Below, piece by piece: positions 10,226 through 23,068 of a stretch of DNA of 64,000 nucleotides. Location of the stretch: assembly GCA_964187785.1 (NCBI GenBank), contig OZ076409.1, forward strand, positions 73,038,001-73,102,000, in the 5' to 3' direction. Below the pieces are notes generated by a model. That model was not told the DNA's origin and did no database searches. It was given only the letters and a program-made list of their open reading frames with translations. This DNA comes from Amphiscolops sp. MND2022. Its lineage: Eukaryota. Numbering within the stretch: the first letter of the stretch is position 1; each line of letters opens with the position of its first letter. The position numbers were made by a program, and so were the translations under genes.

Positions 10226-13200
10226 CTAGGTGCCGGTGTTTTTTTACACAATGGGGGAAGTTGCGCGTGTGGGGAGGGTCCCTGACGCGCTCCCGGGATT
10301 TCGGATTTTTTAACCTTTACGTACCCATCAAAAATTTTGGGATCTCGAAAACTAGCCGTACGATTTGGCTGAAATTTGGCACACGTACCCCCCTCGGCAC
10401 GGTGAAGATGATTCCCTACTGACGTTTTTCCCGCTAAACATTTTTTGTTGACCAAAATAACGGTTTTTGGGGTAAAATTTTCAACTTTTTTTAAATTTCA
10501 TCTTATATCTCGCCACGGGTGCACGCTAGCGCTTCCAAACCTTGCTGACGAAAGTTTGCAAACTGTCTCAGGAATGCTGTGTGAAATTTTCAGCTCAATC
10601 GGACTTAAACTCGAGGAGATATAGCGTTTTTCCGGAGCGGGGGGGTTTCATTTTTCTAACGGTCCAGCTTATCTTTGCCATTTTTTCGGAAATGCACTCG
10701 CCTAAAGGCCTCCCCTGGCCGGTTTTATTCCCAGCAAAACCATTTGGCCCTAAATACGGAGTTTCAGCGTTCCAGCATTCCCGGGCGAAAAGTTGTGGGA
10801 CTTAGAAAAGTTCAAAAATTTTCAAAAAAATTTTTTTCCGTTATTTGGGCCCCCAAAGTGGGGGAAAAGACCCCCCAACCAGTAAAGCAAGTGAATGCAT
10901 GTGCAAAGCCCTTGTTTAGAGGAGAAAAATGCCGTTTAGAACGTCTTTTTATCTTGGCTCAACGTTGACTTATGACGTTTTGAAGGTGATGTTTGGAGGT
11001 GTAAAGCACGTGAATAGTAAACGTTATGAGTATTTATCTGATCTGAAAGCCATTGAGATGCAATATGGTTTGCTCAAAACGTAATTCATGGCAGTTTGGC
11101 AATCAATCAACACCCTTTGTTGTCGTTTGACATACTTTTTTGTGGTTATAATAAAAAATTTTGTGTATTTATTCATTTTTTTCTCATCGAATAACTTGAA
11201 ACAGTTGAGTACATTCCATCCCCCCTTCCGGGGGAGATGAGAATGTACTCGCAAAAAGCACCGAACTACAGCCCTTACCTTCCCGAGCTACGCAGTATAA
11301 GGATTACATATTGGTTCCGACATTTTCATAGAGTTAAATCTTGGTAATCTGTCTGGATATGCAGAAAAACCAGCACGTGCTTTTTTATACCAAGTTGCTC
11401 ACAACGACAATTATTTTATATCAACGCCCCCATATTTATCAACGCCCCCCGTCCGTGGGCATGCCGAGGCATGCCCTTCGACGACGTATACCAAGATATG
11501 TTCGAGCGCGTTAGCCTAGGTGCCCGGATTTCTATTCGATAAAGTATGTGGCGCGTGTGGGTAGGGTCCCTGGCGCGCTCTTGGGTATGGTGTTCACCAG
11601 CTAGGAAATAGGGGTCGATTTTTCGGGATCTCCTAAACTAGCCACACGATTTGGCTGAAATTTGGCACACGTACCCCCCTCGGCACGGTGAAGATGATTT
11701 CCTACTGACGTTTTTCCCGCAAAATTTTTTTTGTTGTCCAAAATAACGGTTTTTGGGGTAAAATTTTGAATTTTTTTTTAAATTTCATCTTATATCTCGC
11801 CACGGGTTTACGCTAGCGCTTCAAAACCCTGCTAAAGAAAGCTTGCAAACTGTCTCAGGAATGCGGTGTGAAATTTTCAGCTCCATCGGACTCAAACTCA
11901 GGGAGATATAGCGTTTTTCCGGAGCGGGGGGGTTTCATTTTTCTAACGGTCCAGCTTATCTTAGTCATTTTTTCGAAAATGTAATCGCCTAAAGGCCTCC
12001 CCTGGCCGGTTTTATTCCCAGCAAAACCATTTGGCCCTAAATACGGAGTTTCAGCGTTCTAGCATTCCCGGGCGAAAAGTTGTGGGACTTAGAAAATTTC
12101 AAAAATTTTCAAAAAATTTTTTTTCCGTTTTCCGCCCTCCCCCCCTAGGGGAAAAGACCCCCCAACCAGTAATTTGAGTGAATTCATGTGGAAAGGCCAT
12201 GTTTAGAGGAGAAAAATTTCGTTTAAATCGTCTTTTTATCTTTATTCAACGTTGACTTATGACGTTTTGAAGGTGATGTTTGGAGGTGTGAAGCACGTGA
12301 AAAGTAAACGTTATGAGTATTTATCTGATCTGAAAGCCATTGAGATGCAACCTGTTTTGCTCAAAACGTAATTCATATCAGTTTGGTAGTCAATCAACAC
12401 CCTTTGTTGTCATTTGACATCTTTTTTTGTTGATATAAGAAAAAATTTCGTGTATTTATTCATTTTTTTCTCATCAAATAACTTGAAACAGTTGAGTACA
12501 TTCCATCCCCCCTTCACGGGGGAGATGAGAATGTACTCGCAAAAAGCTCCGAACTACGGCCCTTACCTTCCTGAGCTACGCAGTATAAAGATTGCATATT
12601 GGTTCCGACATTTTGATAGAGTTATATCTTGGTAATCTGTCTGGGTATGCAGAAAAACCAGCACGTGCTTTTTTATACCAAGTTGCTCACAACGACATTT
12701 ATTTTATATCAACGCCCCCATATTTATCAACGCCCCCCGTCCGTGGGCATGCCGAGGCATGCCCTTCGACGACGTATACCAAAATATGTTCGAGCGCGTT
12801 AGCCTAGGTGCCGGGATTTCCATTCGATAAGGAATTCTGCGCGTGTGGGTAGGGCCCCTGGCGCGCTCCTGTGTTTTGGGTTTTCCTACTCTAAATTCAC
12901 ACATCAGTTATCTCGGATCTCGAAAACTAGCCACACGATTTGGCTGAAATTTGGCACACAGCTCCGTTGGAACATTGTAAGAACAAATCCCTACTGACGT
13001 TTTGCCCGCTAAACATTTTTTGTTGGTCAAAAATGCGATTTTCCGACAAAATTTTTGACTTTTTTTTCTTTTTCAACTCATATCTCGTCACAGGGTCACG
13101 CTAGCGCTTCGCAACCTATGATCCTTTTTTGTAGGGCATTGCATGTAGAACACGTATGCCAAATTTGGTGGCGATCGGACTTAAACTCAGGGAGATATAA

Positions 13201-15356
13201 CGATTTCTTAGGTGCATTTTTTGACATTTTTTGCATTTGCTGATTTATCTTTGCCGTTTTTTGCCCAGTTTTTTTTGAGACACTCTCCTAAAGACCTCCC
13301 CTGGCCAGTTTACCTCCCAGCAAAACCATTTGGCCCTAAATACGAAGTTTCAGCGTTCTAGCATTCCCGGGCGAAAAGTTGTGGTACTTAGAAGAATTTT
13401 TTGGAAACGCAAAATGTGTGAAGTCAACTTCAGGCCTCCCAAAGTCAGGGAACTTCCACACAACTAGGATTGCAAGTGGATGCATGTGGAAAGTACTGGG
13501 ATAGACGAGAAAAATGAGCTATAGAACGACTCTGTAGCTTAACTTGACGTTGACTTATGATGTTTTGAATGTGTGCTTGCTAAGGGGTCCGAAATTGAAA
13601 ATTTTTAAAGAAAATTAATATCGTCAAAAATTCATCGGAATGCCTGCAATATACAGTAGAGCGTGTTCAATTGTAGTTGACTAACGCATCAACGCCGTTC
13701 AAGGCCTTTTTACTCAGTTTCAATTTTTTTTACACTGTATTATCCATCCGAGAGATCGAAACAGTTGAGTACATTCCATCTCCCTTTCGGGGGAGATGAG
13801 AATGTACTCGCTAAAGAACATGTACTACAGCCAATTTTTGTTTTTATGCGAGGTCATTCTATGCTATTGCACACGAACACTTTAGTTTTGACAAACATAT
13901 GTCTTTACATGCTGAATCTTACCTTACCTTTACTTTACGTTTTTGTACATACTACTACAACAACTCACCCCTAACGTCAACGTCCCATACTTTAAATCAA
14001 CGCCCACCGTCCGTGGGCATGCCGAGGCATGCCCTTCGACGACGTATGCCCTCTCAAACGCGGTAGCCGCTAGGTGCCGGGATTTTCTATTCGACAAGTT
14101 TGCGCGCCTTGGGGAGGGTCCCTTTGCGCGCTTTAAGATCCAGGTGTTTCCAACTCCTAAACGGGCATGTGATTTCGACGATCTCCTAAACTAGCCATAC
14201 GATTTGGCTGAAATTTGGCACACGTACCCCCCTCGGCACGGTGAAGATGATTCCCTACTGACGTTTTTCCCGCTAAACATTTTTTGTTGACCAAAATAAC
14301 GGTTTTTGGGGTAAAATTTTCAACTTTTTTTTAAATTTCTTCTTATATCTCGCCATGGGTTTACGCTAGCGCTTCCAAATCTTGCTGACGAAACCTTGCA
14401 AACTGTCTCAGGAATGCGGTGTGAAATTTTCAGCTCAATCGGACTCAAACTCGGGGAGATATAGCGTTTTTCCGGAGCGGGGGGGTTTCAATTTTCTAAC
14501 GGTCCAGCTTATCTTTGCCATTTTTTCGAAAATGCACTCGCCTAAAGGCCTCCCCTGGCCGGTTTTATTCCCAGCAAAACCATTTGGCCCTAAATACGGA
14601 GTTTCAGCGTTCCAGCATTCCCGGGCGAAAAGTTGTGGGACTTAGAAAATTTCAAAAATTTTCAAAAATTTTTTTTCCGTTATTTGGGCCCCCAAAGTGG
14701 GGGAAAAGACCCCCCAACCAGTAAAGCAAGTGAATGCATGTGCAAAGCCCTTGTTTAGAGGAGAAAATGCCGTTTAGAACGTCTTTTTATCTTGGCTCAA
14801 CGTTGACTTATGACGTTTTGAAGGTGATGTTTGGAGGTGTAAAGCACGTGAATAGTAAACGTTATGAGTATTTATCTGATCTGAAAGCCATTGAGATGCA
14901 ATATGGTTTGCTCAAAACGTAATTCATTGCAGTTTGGCAATCAATCAACACCCTTTGTTGTCGTTTGACATACTTTTTTGTTGTTATAATAAAAAATTTT
15001 GTGTATTTATTCATTTTTTTCTCATCAAATAGCTTGAAACACTTGAGTACATTCCATCCCCCCCTTCCGGGGGAGATGAGAATGTACTCGCAAAAAGCAC
15101 CGAACTACGGCCCTTACCTTCCCGAGCTACGCAGTATAAGGATTACATATTGGTTCCGACATTTTCATAGAGTTAAATCTTGGTAATCTGTCTGGATATG
15201 CAGAAAAATCAGCACGTGCCTTTCAATACCAAGTTGCTTACAACGACAATTATTTTATATCAACGCCCCCATATTTATCAACGCCCCCCGTCCGTGGGCA
15301 TGCCGAGGCATGCCCTTCGACGACGTATACCAAGATATACATAAGCGCGGTAGCCG

Positions 15357-16644
15357 CTAGGTGGCCGGAAATTTTTTTTTTCATCAAAATCTTTGCCATT
15401 GGGGGAGGGGCCCCGGATGGCCAGTAGTACGGCATAGCTCCCTACAGAATCCAGGCGGAAAAAACGTGATTTCGGAAACTAGCCGTCAGAATTTGCTCAA
15501 ATTTTGCATACGGCTTCCTATGACAATCCTAAGAACTAATCCCTACTGGCATTTTGCCCAAAAAACGCAAAAAGTTGGTCAAAATCTTAGTTTTTTGGTC
15601 AAAAAATGGCGTTTTTTCGAAAAAAAAATTTTTCAGAGACAATTACTCGTAAATGGTTCACCCAGCGCAAAAACGCCTAGCTGATTTATTGTTGGGCACT
15701 TCATGAGGAGTGCGTATACAAATTTTCGTCCAGATCGGAAAAAAAATGACTAAGTATTAGCCGGAATTCGGACGCATTTTTTCGCAAATTTTTGAAAACC
15801 TAGTCTATCTCTGCCGTTTTTTGCCCAGATTTTTTTCCAGGTCCTCTCCTAAAGGCCTCCCCTGGCCGGTTTACTTCCCAGAAAAACCAATTGGCCCTAA
15901 ATACGGAGTTTCAGCGTTCTAGCATTCCCAGGCGAAAAGATGTGGGACTTAGAAAAAATTCAAAATTTTTCAAAAAAAATTTTTTTCGTTTTCCGGCCCC
16001 CCAATGAAGGGGAACGACCCCCCAACGAGGATTTTTGGTGAATTCACGTGGAAAGGCCTTGTTTTGTGGAGCAAATTGCCGTTTAGAGCAATTTTTTATC
16101 TTAACTTGACGTTGACCTCTGTCGTTTTGAATTTGATATTAGTATGTGTTGAGCATGTGAAAAGTTGATGATTTCAGTTGTTCTCTCGTGTTCAAGCCAT
16201 TGAGATACAAGCGGTAGTGATCAAAATGTGATTTATCGCAATTTGATGGTGCTTTTGGTGTATTTTGATTCTTTTAAATAAAAAGTTGTTCTTTATATAT
16301 TTGGTGTATTGATTCAAATGAACAAGAAACAGTTGAGTACATTTCATCTCCCCCCTTGTGGGGGAGATGAGGATGTACCCGCTAAATGACACGCACAATG
16401 GCCTAATTTTATTTTTATGCGACATTTTCTAGGCTTTTGCGCAAGCCCACTAAAATTTAGACTGGTTTCCTTTTCTTTTACTCCAAAATTTTCCGTACTA
16501 ACCACCTTACGCACCACCAGCTCAACGTAACATCTGTAACGTCAACGCCACACACTCTCACTAACGCCCACCGTCCGTGGGCATGCCGAGGCATGCCCTT
16601 CGACGACGTATGCCAAATAGCGCCACAGGGCGCAAACTTGTCCG
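15357..16644 (+). mobile_element. Putative cassette, head type H6 (near-identical units at 17914, 32271, 46459; same head at 43910, 45182, 47746, 49029)
   Basis: Head GCCGGAAATTTTTTTTT...GCCATTGGGGGAGGGGCCCCGGATGGC; tail AATGACACGCACAATGGCC...GCGCCACAGGGCGC. Confidence 0.6.
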
Positions 16645-17913
16645 CTAGGTGGCCGTGTCTTTTCGACGTGCTTTTGCATTGAGGAGTGGGTAGGGCCCCG
16701 CGACGACCTAGAAGAATTGGATGCTCACCGAAACGTGCAGAATTCTACGAGATCTCATAGTTTGAGCCATACGATTTTTCTGAAATTTGGCATGTGGCCT
16801 GGAATTGGTGAGTAGGTAAAACGTGTAGGAGGTGATTTTTCCCAAATTCCACTGTGAGACGAGATATGGGCAAATAACGGTCCCAAAAATGGCAAAAATG
16901 CACTTTTTTCAACTTTGTCAGCCCATATCTCGTTCCCAGGTGCCCGGAGCGGGACGCGTTAAGCTGATTATAAACTCTAGGGTGTTGAGGCTGTACGGGG
17001 AAGTCAGGCCCGTTCCGATCGGACTTGTAGTCTTGGAGAAATAACGGTATTTTTGGGGAACCTTTTCTAACGGTCCAGCTTATCTTTGCCATTTTTTCGA
17101 AAATGTACTCGCCTAAAGGCCTCCCCCTGGCCGAATTTACTCCCAGCAAAACCATTTGGCCCTAAATACGGAGTTTCAGCGTTCCAGCATTCCCGGGCGA
17201 AAAGTTGTGGGACTTGGAAAATTTTCAAAAATTTTCAAAAAATTTTTTTTTCGTTTTCCGGGCCCCCAATGAAGGGGAAACGACCCCCCAAGCAGTATTT
17301 TGAGTGAATTCATGTGGAAAGCCCTTGTTTTGACGAGAAAAGTACCGTTTAGAACATCTTTTTATCTTGACTCAACGTTGACTTATGACGTTTTGAATGT
17401 GATGTAAGGATGTAGGAGGCATGTGATAAGTTGATGTTTTGAGTCTTCATCTCATATGAAAGCGGTTGAGATGCAAGCTGTCCTGCTCAAAACGTCTTTC
17501 GTTGTAATTTTCCAGTGCACCAATACCCTTTGGTGTCATATAAACATACTTTTCGTCGATATATTAACAATTTTAATGTATTTATTCCAATTTTTATTAT
17601 CTTCTAACTCAAAACAGTTGAGTACATTTCATCTCCCTTTCGGGGGAGATGAGAATGTACTCGCTAAAGACCTAGCGCCATGACCAAAAGTTTGAAACCC
17701 TTGTTTTTTATCTTCTTACAGACTTGTTTTTGTATTTTTCCGGAATTTTTTAAAAATTAATATACTTGAAATACATTACTTGACTTTACTACTACAATCC
17801 ACCTCCAACGTCAACGCCCCCTTGCTTGCATCAACGCCCACCGTCCGTGGGCATGCCGAGGCATGCCCTTCGACGACGTATGCCAAATGCCCAGTGCCAC
17901 GCAGTCATTTTCG
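16645..17913 (+). mobile_element. Putative cassette, head type H7 (near-identical 1269-bp unit at 50303-51571; same head at 33558 and 34841)
   Basis: Head GCCGTGTCTTTTCGACGTGCTTTTGCAT; tail AGACCTAGCGCCATGACC...GCCCAGTGCCACGCAGTC. Confidence 0.6.
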
Positions 17914-20490
17914 CTAGGTGGCCGGAAATTTTTTTTTTCATCAAAATCTTTGCCATTGGGGGAGGGGCCCCGGATGGCCAGTAGTACGGCATAGCTCCCT
18001 ACGGAATCCAGGCAGAAAAAACGTGATTTTGGAAACTAGCCGTCAGAATTTGCTCAAATTTTGCATACGGCTTCCTATAACAATCCTAAGAACTAATCCC
18101 TACTGGCATTTTGCCCAAAAAACGCAAAAAGTTGGTCAAAATCTTAGTTTTTTGGTCAAAAAATGGCGTTTTTTCGAAAAAAAATTTTTTCAGAGACAAT
18201 TACTCGTAACTGGTTCACCCAGCGCAAAAACGCCTAGCTGATTTATTGTTGGGCACTTCATGAGGAGTGCGTATACAAATTTTCGTCCAGATCGGAAAAA
18301 AATTGACTAAGTATTAGCCGGAATTCGGACGCATTTTTTCGCAAATTTTTGAAAACCTAGTCTATCTCTGCCGTTTTTTGCCCAGATTTTTTTCCAGGTC
18401 CTCTCCTAAAGGCCTCCCCTGGCCGGTTTACTTCCCAGAAAAACCATTTGGCCCTAAATACGGAGTTTCAGCGTTCTAGCATTCCCGGGCGAAAAGATGT
18501 GGGACTTAGAAAAAATTCAAAATTTTTCAAAAATTTTTTTTTTCGTTTTCCGGCCCCCCAATGAAGGGGAACGACCCCCCAACGAGGATTTTTGTTGAAT
18601 TCACGTGGAAAGGCCTTGTTTTGTGGAGCAAATTGCCGTTTAGAGCGACTTTTTATCTTAACTTGACGTTGACCTCTGTCGTTTTGAATTTGATATTAGT
18701 ATGTGTTGAGCATGTGAAAAGTTGATGATTTCAGTTGTTCTCTCGTGTTCAAGCCATTGAGATACAAGCGGTAGTGATCAAAATGTGATTTATCGCAATT
18801 TGGTGGTGCTTTTGGTGTATTTTGATTCTTTTAAATAAAAAGTTGTTCTTTATATATTTGGTGTATTGATTCAAATGAACAAGAAACAGTTGAGTACATT
18901 TCATCTCCCCCCTTGTGGGGGAGATGAGGATGTACCCGCTAAATGACACGCACAATGGCCCAATTTTATTTTTATGCGACGTTCTCTAGGCTTTTGCGCA
19001 AGCCCACTAAAAATTAGACTGGTTTCCTTTTCTTTTACTCCAAAATTTTCCGTACTAACCACCTTACGCACCACCAGCTCAACGTAACATCTGTAACGTC
19101 AACGCCACACACTCTCACTAACGCCCACCGTCCGTGGGCATGCCGAGGCATGCCCTTCGACGACGTATGCCAAATAGCGCCACAGGGCGCAAACTTGTCC
19201 GCTAGGTGCCGGGATTTCCATTCGATAAGGAATTCTGCGCGTGTGGGTAGGGCCCCTGGCGCGCTCCTGTGTTTTCGGTTTTCCTACTCCAAATTCACAC
19301 CCCAGTTATCTCCGATCTCGTAAACTATCCATACGATTTGGCTGAAATTTGGCACACGTACCCCCCTCGGCACGGTGAAGATGATTTCCTACTGACGTTT
19401 TTCCCGCTAAACATTTTTTGTTGACCAAAATAACGGTTTTTGGTGGAAAATTTTCAACTTTTTTTAAATTTCCTCTTATATCTCGCCCCAGGTTTACGCT
19501 AGCGCTTCAAAACCTTGCTGACGAAAGTTTGCAAACTGTCTCAGGAATGCGGTGTGAAATTTTCAGCTCAATCGGACTCAAACTCGAGGAGATATAGCGT
19601 TTTTCCGGAGCGGGGGGGTTTCATTTTTCTAACGGTCCAGCGTATCTTTGCCATTTTTTCGAAAATGCACTCGCCTAAAGGCCTCCCCTGGCCGGTTTTA
19701 CTCCCAAAAAAACCATTTGGCCTTAAATACGGGGTTTCAGCGTTCTAGCATTTTCGGGCGAAAAGTTGTGGGACTTAGAAAATTTCAAAAATTTTCAAAA
19801 ATTTTTTTTCCGTTATTTGGGCCCCCAATGTGGGGGAAAGGACCCCCCAACCAGTATTTTGAGTGAATGCATGTGCAAAGCGCTTGTTTAGAGGAGAAAA
19901 ATGTCGTTTAGAACGTCTTTTTATCTTTACTCAACGTTGACTTATGACGTTTTGAAGGTGATGTAAAGAGGTGTGAAGCACGTGAAAAGTAAACGTTATG
20001 AGTATTTATTTGATCTGAAAGCCATTCAGATGCAATCTGATTTGCCCAAAACGTAATTCATTTCAGTTTGGCAGTCAATCAACACCCTTTGTTGTCGTTT
20101 GACATTTTTTTTTGTTGATATAATAAAAAATTTTGTGTAATTATTTATTTTTTTCTCATCAAATAACTTGAAACAGTTGAGTACATTCCATCTCCCTTCC
20201 CGGGGGAGATGAGAATGTACTCGCAAAAAGCCTCGAACTATGGCCCTTACCTTCCCGAGCTACGCAGTATAAAGATTGCATATTGGTTTCGACATTTTGA
20301 TAGAGTTATATCTTGGTAATCTGTCTGGATATGCAGAAAAATCAGCACGTGCCTTTTTATACCAAGTTGCTCACAACGACAATTATTTTATATCAACGCC
20401 CCCATATTTATCAACGCCCCCCGTCCGTGGGCATGCCGAGGCATGCCCTTCGACGACGTGCACCAAGATATACCCCAAGCGCGGTAGCCG

Positions 20491-21779
20491 CTAGGTGCCG
20501 GGATTTCTATTCGTTCGAGTATGTGGCGCGTGTGGGTAGGGCCCCTGGCGCGCTCTTGTGTTTGGGGGTTTCCTACTTCTAAATCACGTTCAGATTTCCG
20601 GGATCTCGTAAACTATCCATACGATTTGGCTGAAATTTGGCACACGTACCCCCCTCGGCACGGTGAAGATGATTTCCTACTGACGTTTTTCCCGCTAAAC
20701 ATTTTTTGTTGACCAAAATAACGGTTTTTGGTGGAAAATTTTTGATTTTTTTCAAATTTTATCTTATATCTCGCCACGGGTCCACGCTAGCGCTTCCAAA
20801 CCTTGCTGACGAAACCTCGCAAACTGTCTCAGGAATGCTGTGTGAAATTTTCAGCTCAATCGGACTTAAACTCGGGGAGATATAGCGTTTTTCCGGAGCG
20901 GGGGGGTTTCATTTTTCTAACGGTCCAGCTTATCTTTGCCATTTTTTCGAAAATGCACTCGCCTAAAGGCCTCCCCTGGCCGGTTTTACTCCCAAAAAAA
21001 CCATTTGGCCCTAAATACGGAGTTTCAGCGTTCTAGCATTCCGGGGCGAAAAGTTGTGGTACTTAGTAAATTTCAAAAATTTTCAAAAATTTTTTTTTCG
21101 TTATTTGGGCCCCCAAAGTGGGGGAAAAGACCCCCCAACCAGTAATTTGAGTGAATTCATGTGGAAAGGCCATGTTTAGCGGCGAAAAATGCTTTTTAGA
21201 TCGTCTTTTTATTTTAACCTGTTGTTGACTTATGTTGTTTTGAAGGTGATGTTTGGATGTCTGAAGCATGTGAAAAGGTAATTTTTTGTGTCTTTATCTC
21301 TTCTAAAAGCCATTGAGATGCAATCTGTTTTGCTCAAAACGTAATTCAATGCAATTTGGCAGTCAATGAACACAATTTGGTGTCTTTTGTTATATTTTTC
21401 TGTTGATATAATAAAAAATTTTGTGTCTTTATTAATTTTTTTTAAATAAAATAACTTGAAACAGTTGAGTACATTCCATCCCCCCTTCCGGGGGAGATGG
21501 AAATGTACTCGCTAAAAGCCGCGAACAAGAGCCCATACCTTCCTGCGCTACGCAGTATAAAGATTGCATGTTGGTTCCGACTTTTTGGTAGTGTTATATC
21601 TTGGTAATTTGACTGAATATGGAGAAAAATCTGCAAGTGCTCTTTTATAGCAAATTGCTGACAACGACAATTTTTTTATATCAACGCCCCCATATTTATC
21701 AACGCCCCCCGTCCGTGGGCATGCCGAGGCATGCCCTTCGACGACGTATACCAAGATATACTCCCGAGCGCGGTAGCCG
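20491..21779 (+). mobile_element. Putative cassette, head type H5 (head also at 41252 and 56719, each with a different tail)
   Basis: Head CCGGGATT(T/A)CTATTCGTTCGAGTATGTGGCGCG. Confidence 0.55.
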
Positions 21780-23068
21780 CTAGGTGCCGGTGTATTTTTA
21801 CACAATGGGGGATGTTGCGCGTGTGGGGAGGGTCCCTGACGCGCTTCCGTGGTTTCGGGTCTTCTAACCTATGATAGCGTGACACCTGACTTCGATCTCG
21901 TAAACTAGCCGTACGATTTGGCTGAAATTTGGCACACGTACCCCCCTCGGCACGGTGAAGATGATTTCCTACTGACGTTTTTCCCGCTAAACATTTTTTG
22001 TTGACCAAAATAACGGTTTTTGGGGTAAAATTTTGAATTTTTTTTATATTTCATCTTATATCTCGCCTCGGATACACGCTAGCGCTTCCAAACCTTGCTG
22101 ACGAAAGCTTGCAAACTGTCTCAGGAATGCTGTGTGAAATTTTCAGCTCAATCGGACTTAAACTCGGGGAGATATAGCGTTTTTTCGGAGCGGGGGGTTT
22201 CATTTTTCTAACGGTCCAGCTTATCTTTGCCATTTTTTCGAAAATGCACTCGCCTAAAGGCCTCCCCTGGCCGGTTTTATTCCCAACAAAACCATTTGGC
22301 CCTAAATACGGAGTTTCAGCGTTCCAGCATTCCCGGGCGAAAAGATGTGGGACTTAGAAAAGTTCAAAAATTTTCAAAAAAAATTTTTTCCGTTATTTGG
22401 GCCCTCAAAGTGGGGGAAAAGACCCCCCAACCAGTAAAGCAAGTGAATGCATGTGCAAAGCCCTTGTTTAGAGGAGAAAAATGCCGTTTAGAACGTCTTT
22501 TTATCTTGGCTCAACGTTGACTTATGACGTTTTGAAGGTGATGTTTGGAGGTGTAAAGCACGTGAATAGTAAACGTTATGAGTATTTATCTGATCTGAAA
22601 GCCATTGAGATGCAATATGGTTTGCTCAAAACGTAATTCATGGCAGTTTGGCAATCAATCAAGACCCTTTGTTGTCCTTTGACATACTTTTTTGTTGTTA
22701 TAATAAAAAATTTTGTGTATTTATTCATTTTTTTCTCATCAAATAACTTGAAACAGTTGAGTACATTCCATCCCCCCCTTCCGGGGGAGATGAGAATGTA
22801 CTCGCAAAAAGCACCGAACTACGGCCCTTACCTTCCCGAGCTACGCAGTATAAAGATTGCATATTGGTTCCGACATTTTCATAGAGTTAAATCTTGGTAA
22901 TCTGTCTGGGTATGCAGAAAAACCAGCACGTGCTTTTTTATACCAAGTTGCTTACAACGACATTTATTTTATATCAACGCCCCCATATTTATCAACGCCC
23001 CCCGTCCGTGGGCATGCCGAGGCATGCCCTTCGACGACGTGCACCAAGATATATTCGAGCGCGTTAGC

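Noticed and set aside
15361..15684. 107-aa ORF (MAGNFFFHQ...) in H6 units
   Set aside because: It starts at the GTG of the junction core, is rich in F and K from poly-T and poly-A tracts, and its start is shifted by T-run length in other copies (46459, 45182). There is no support for coding.
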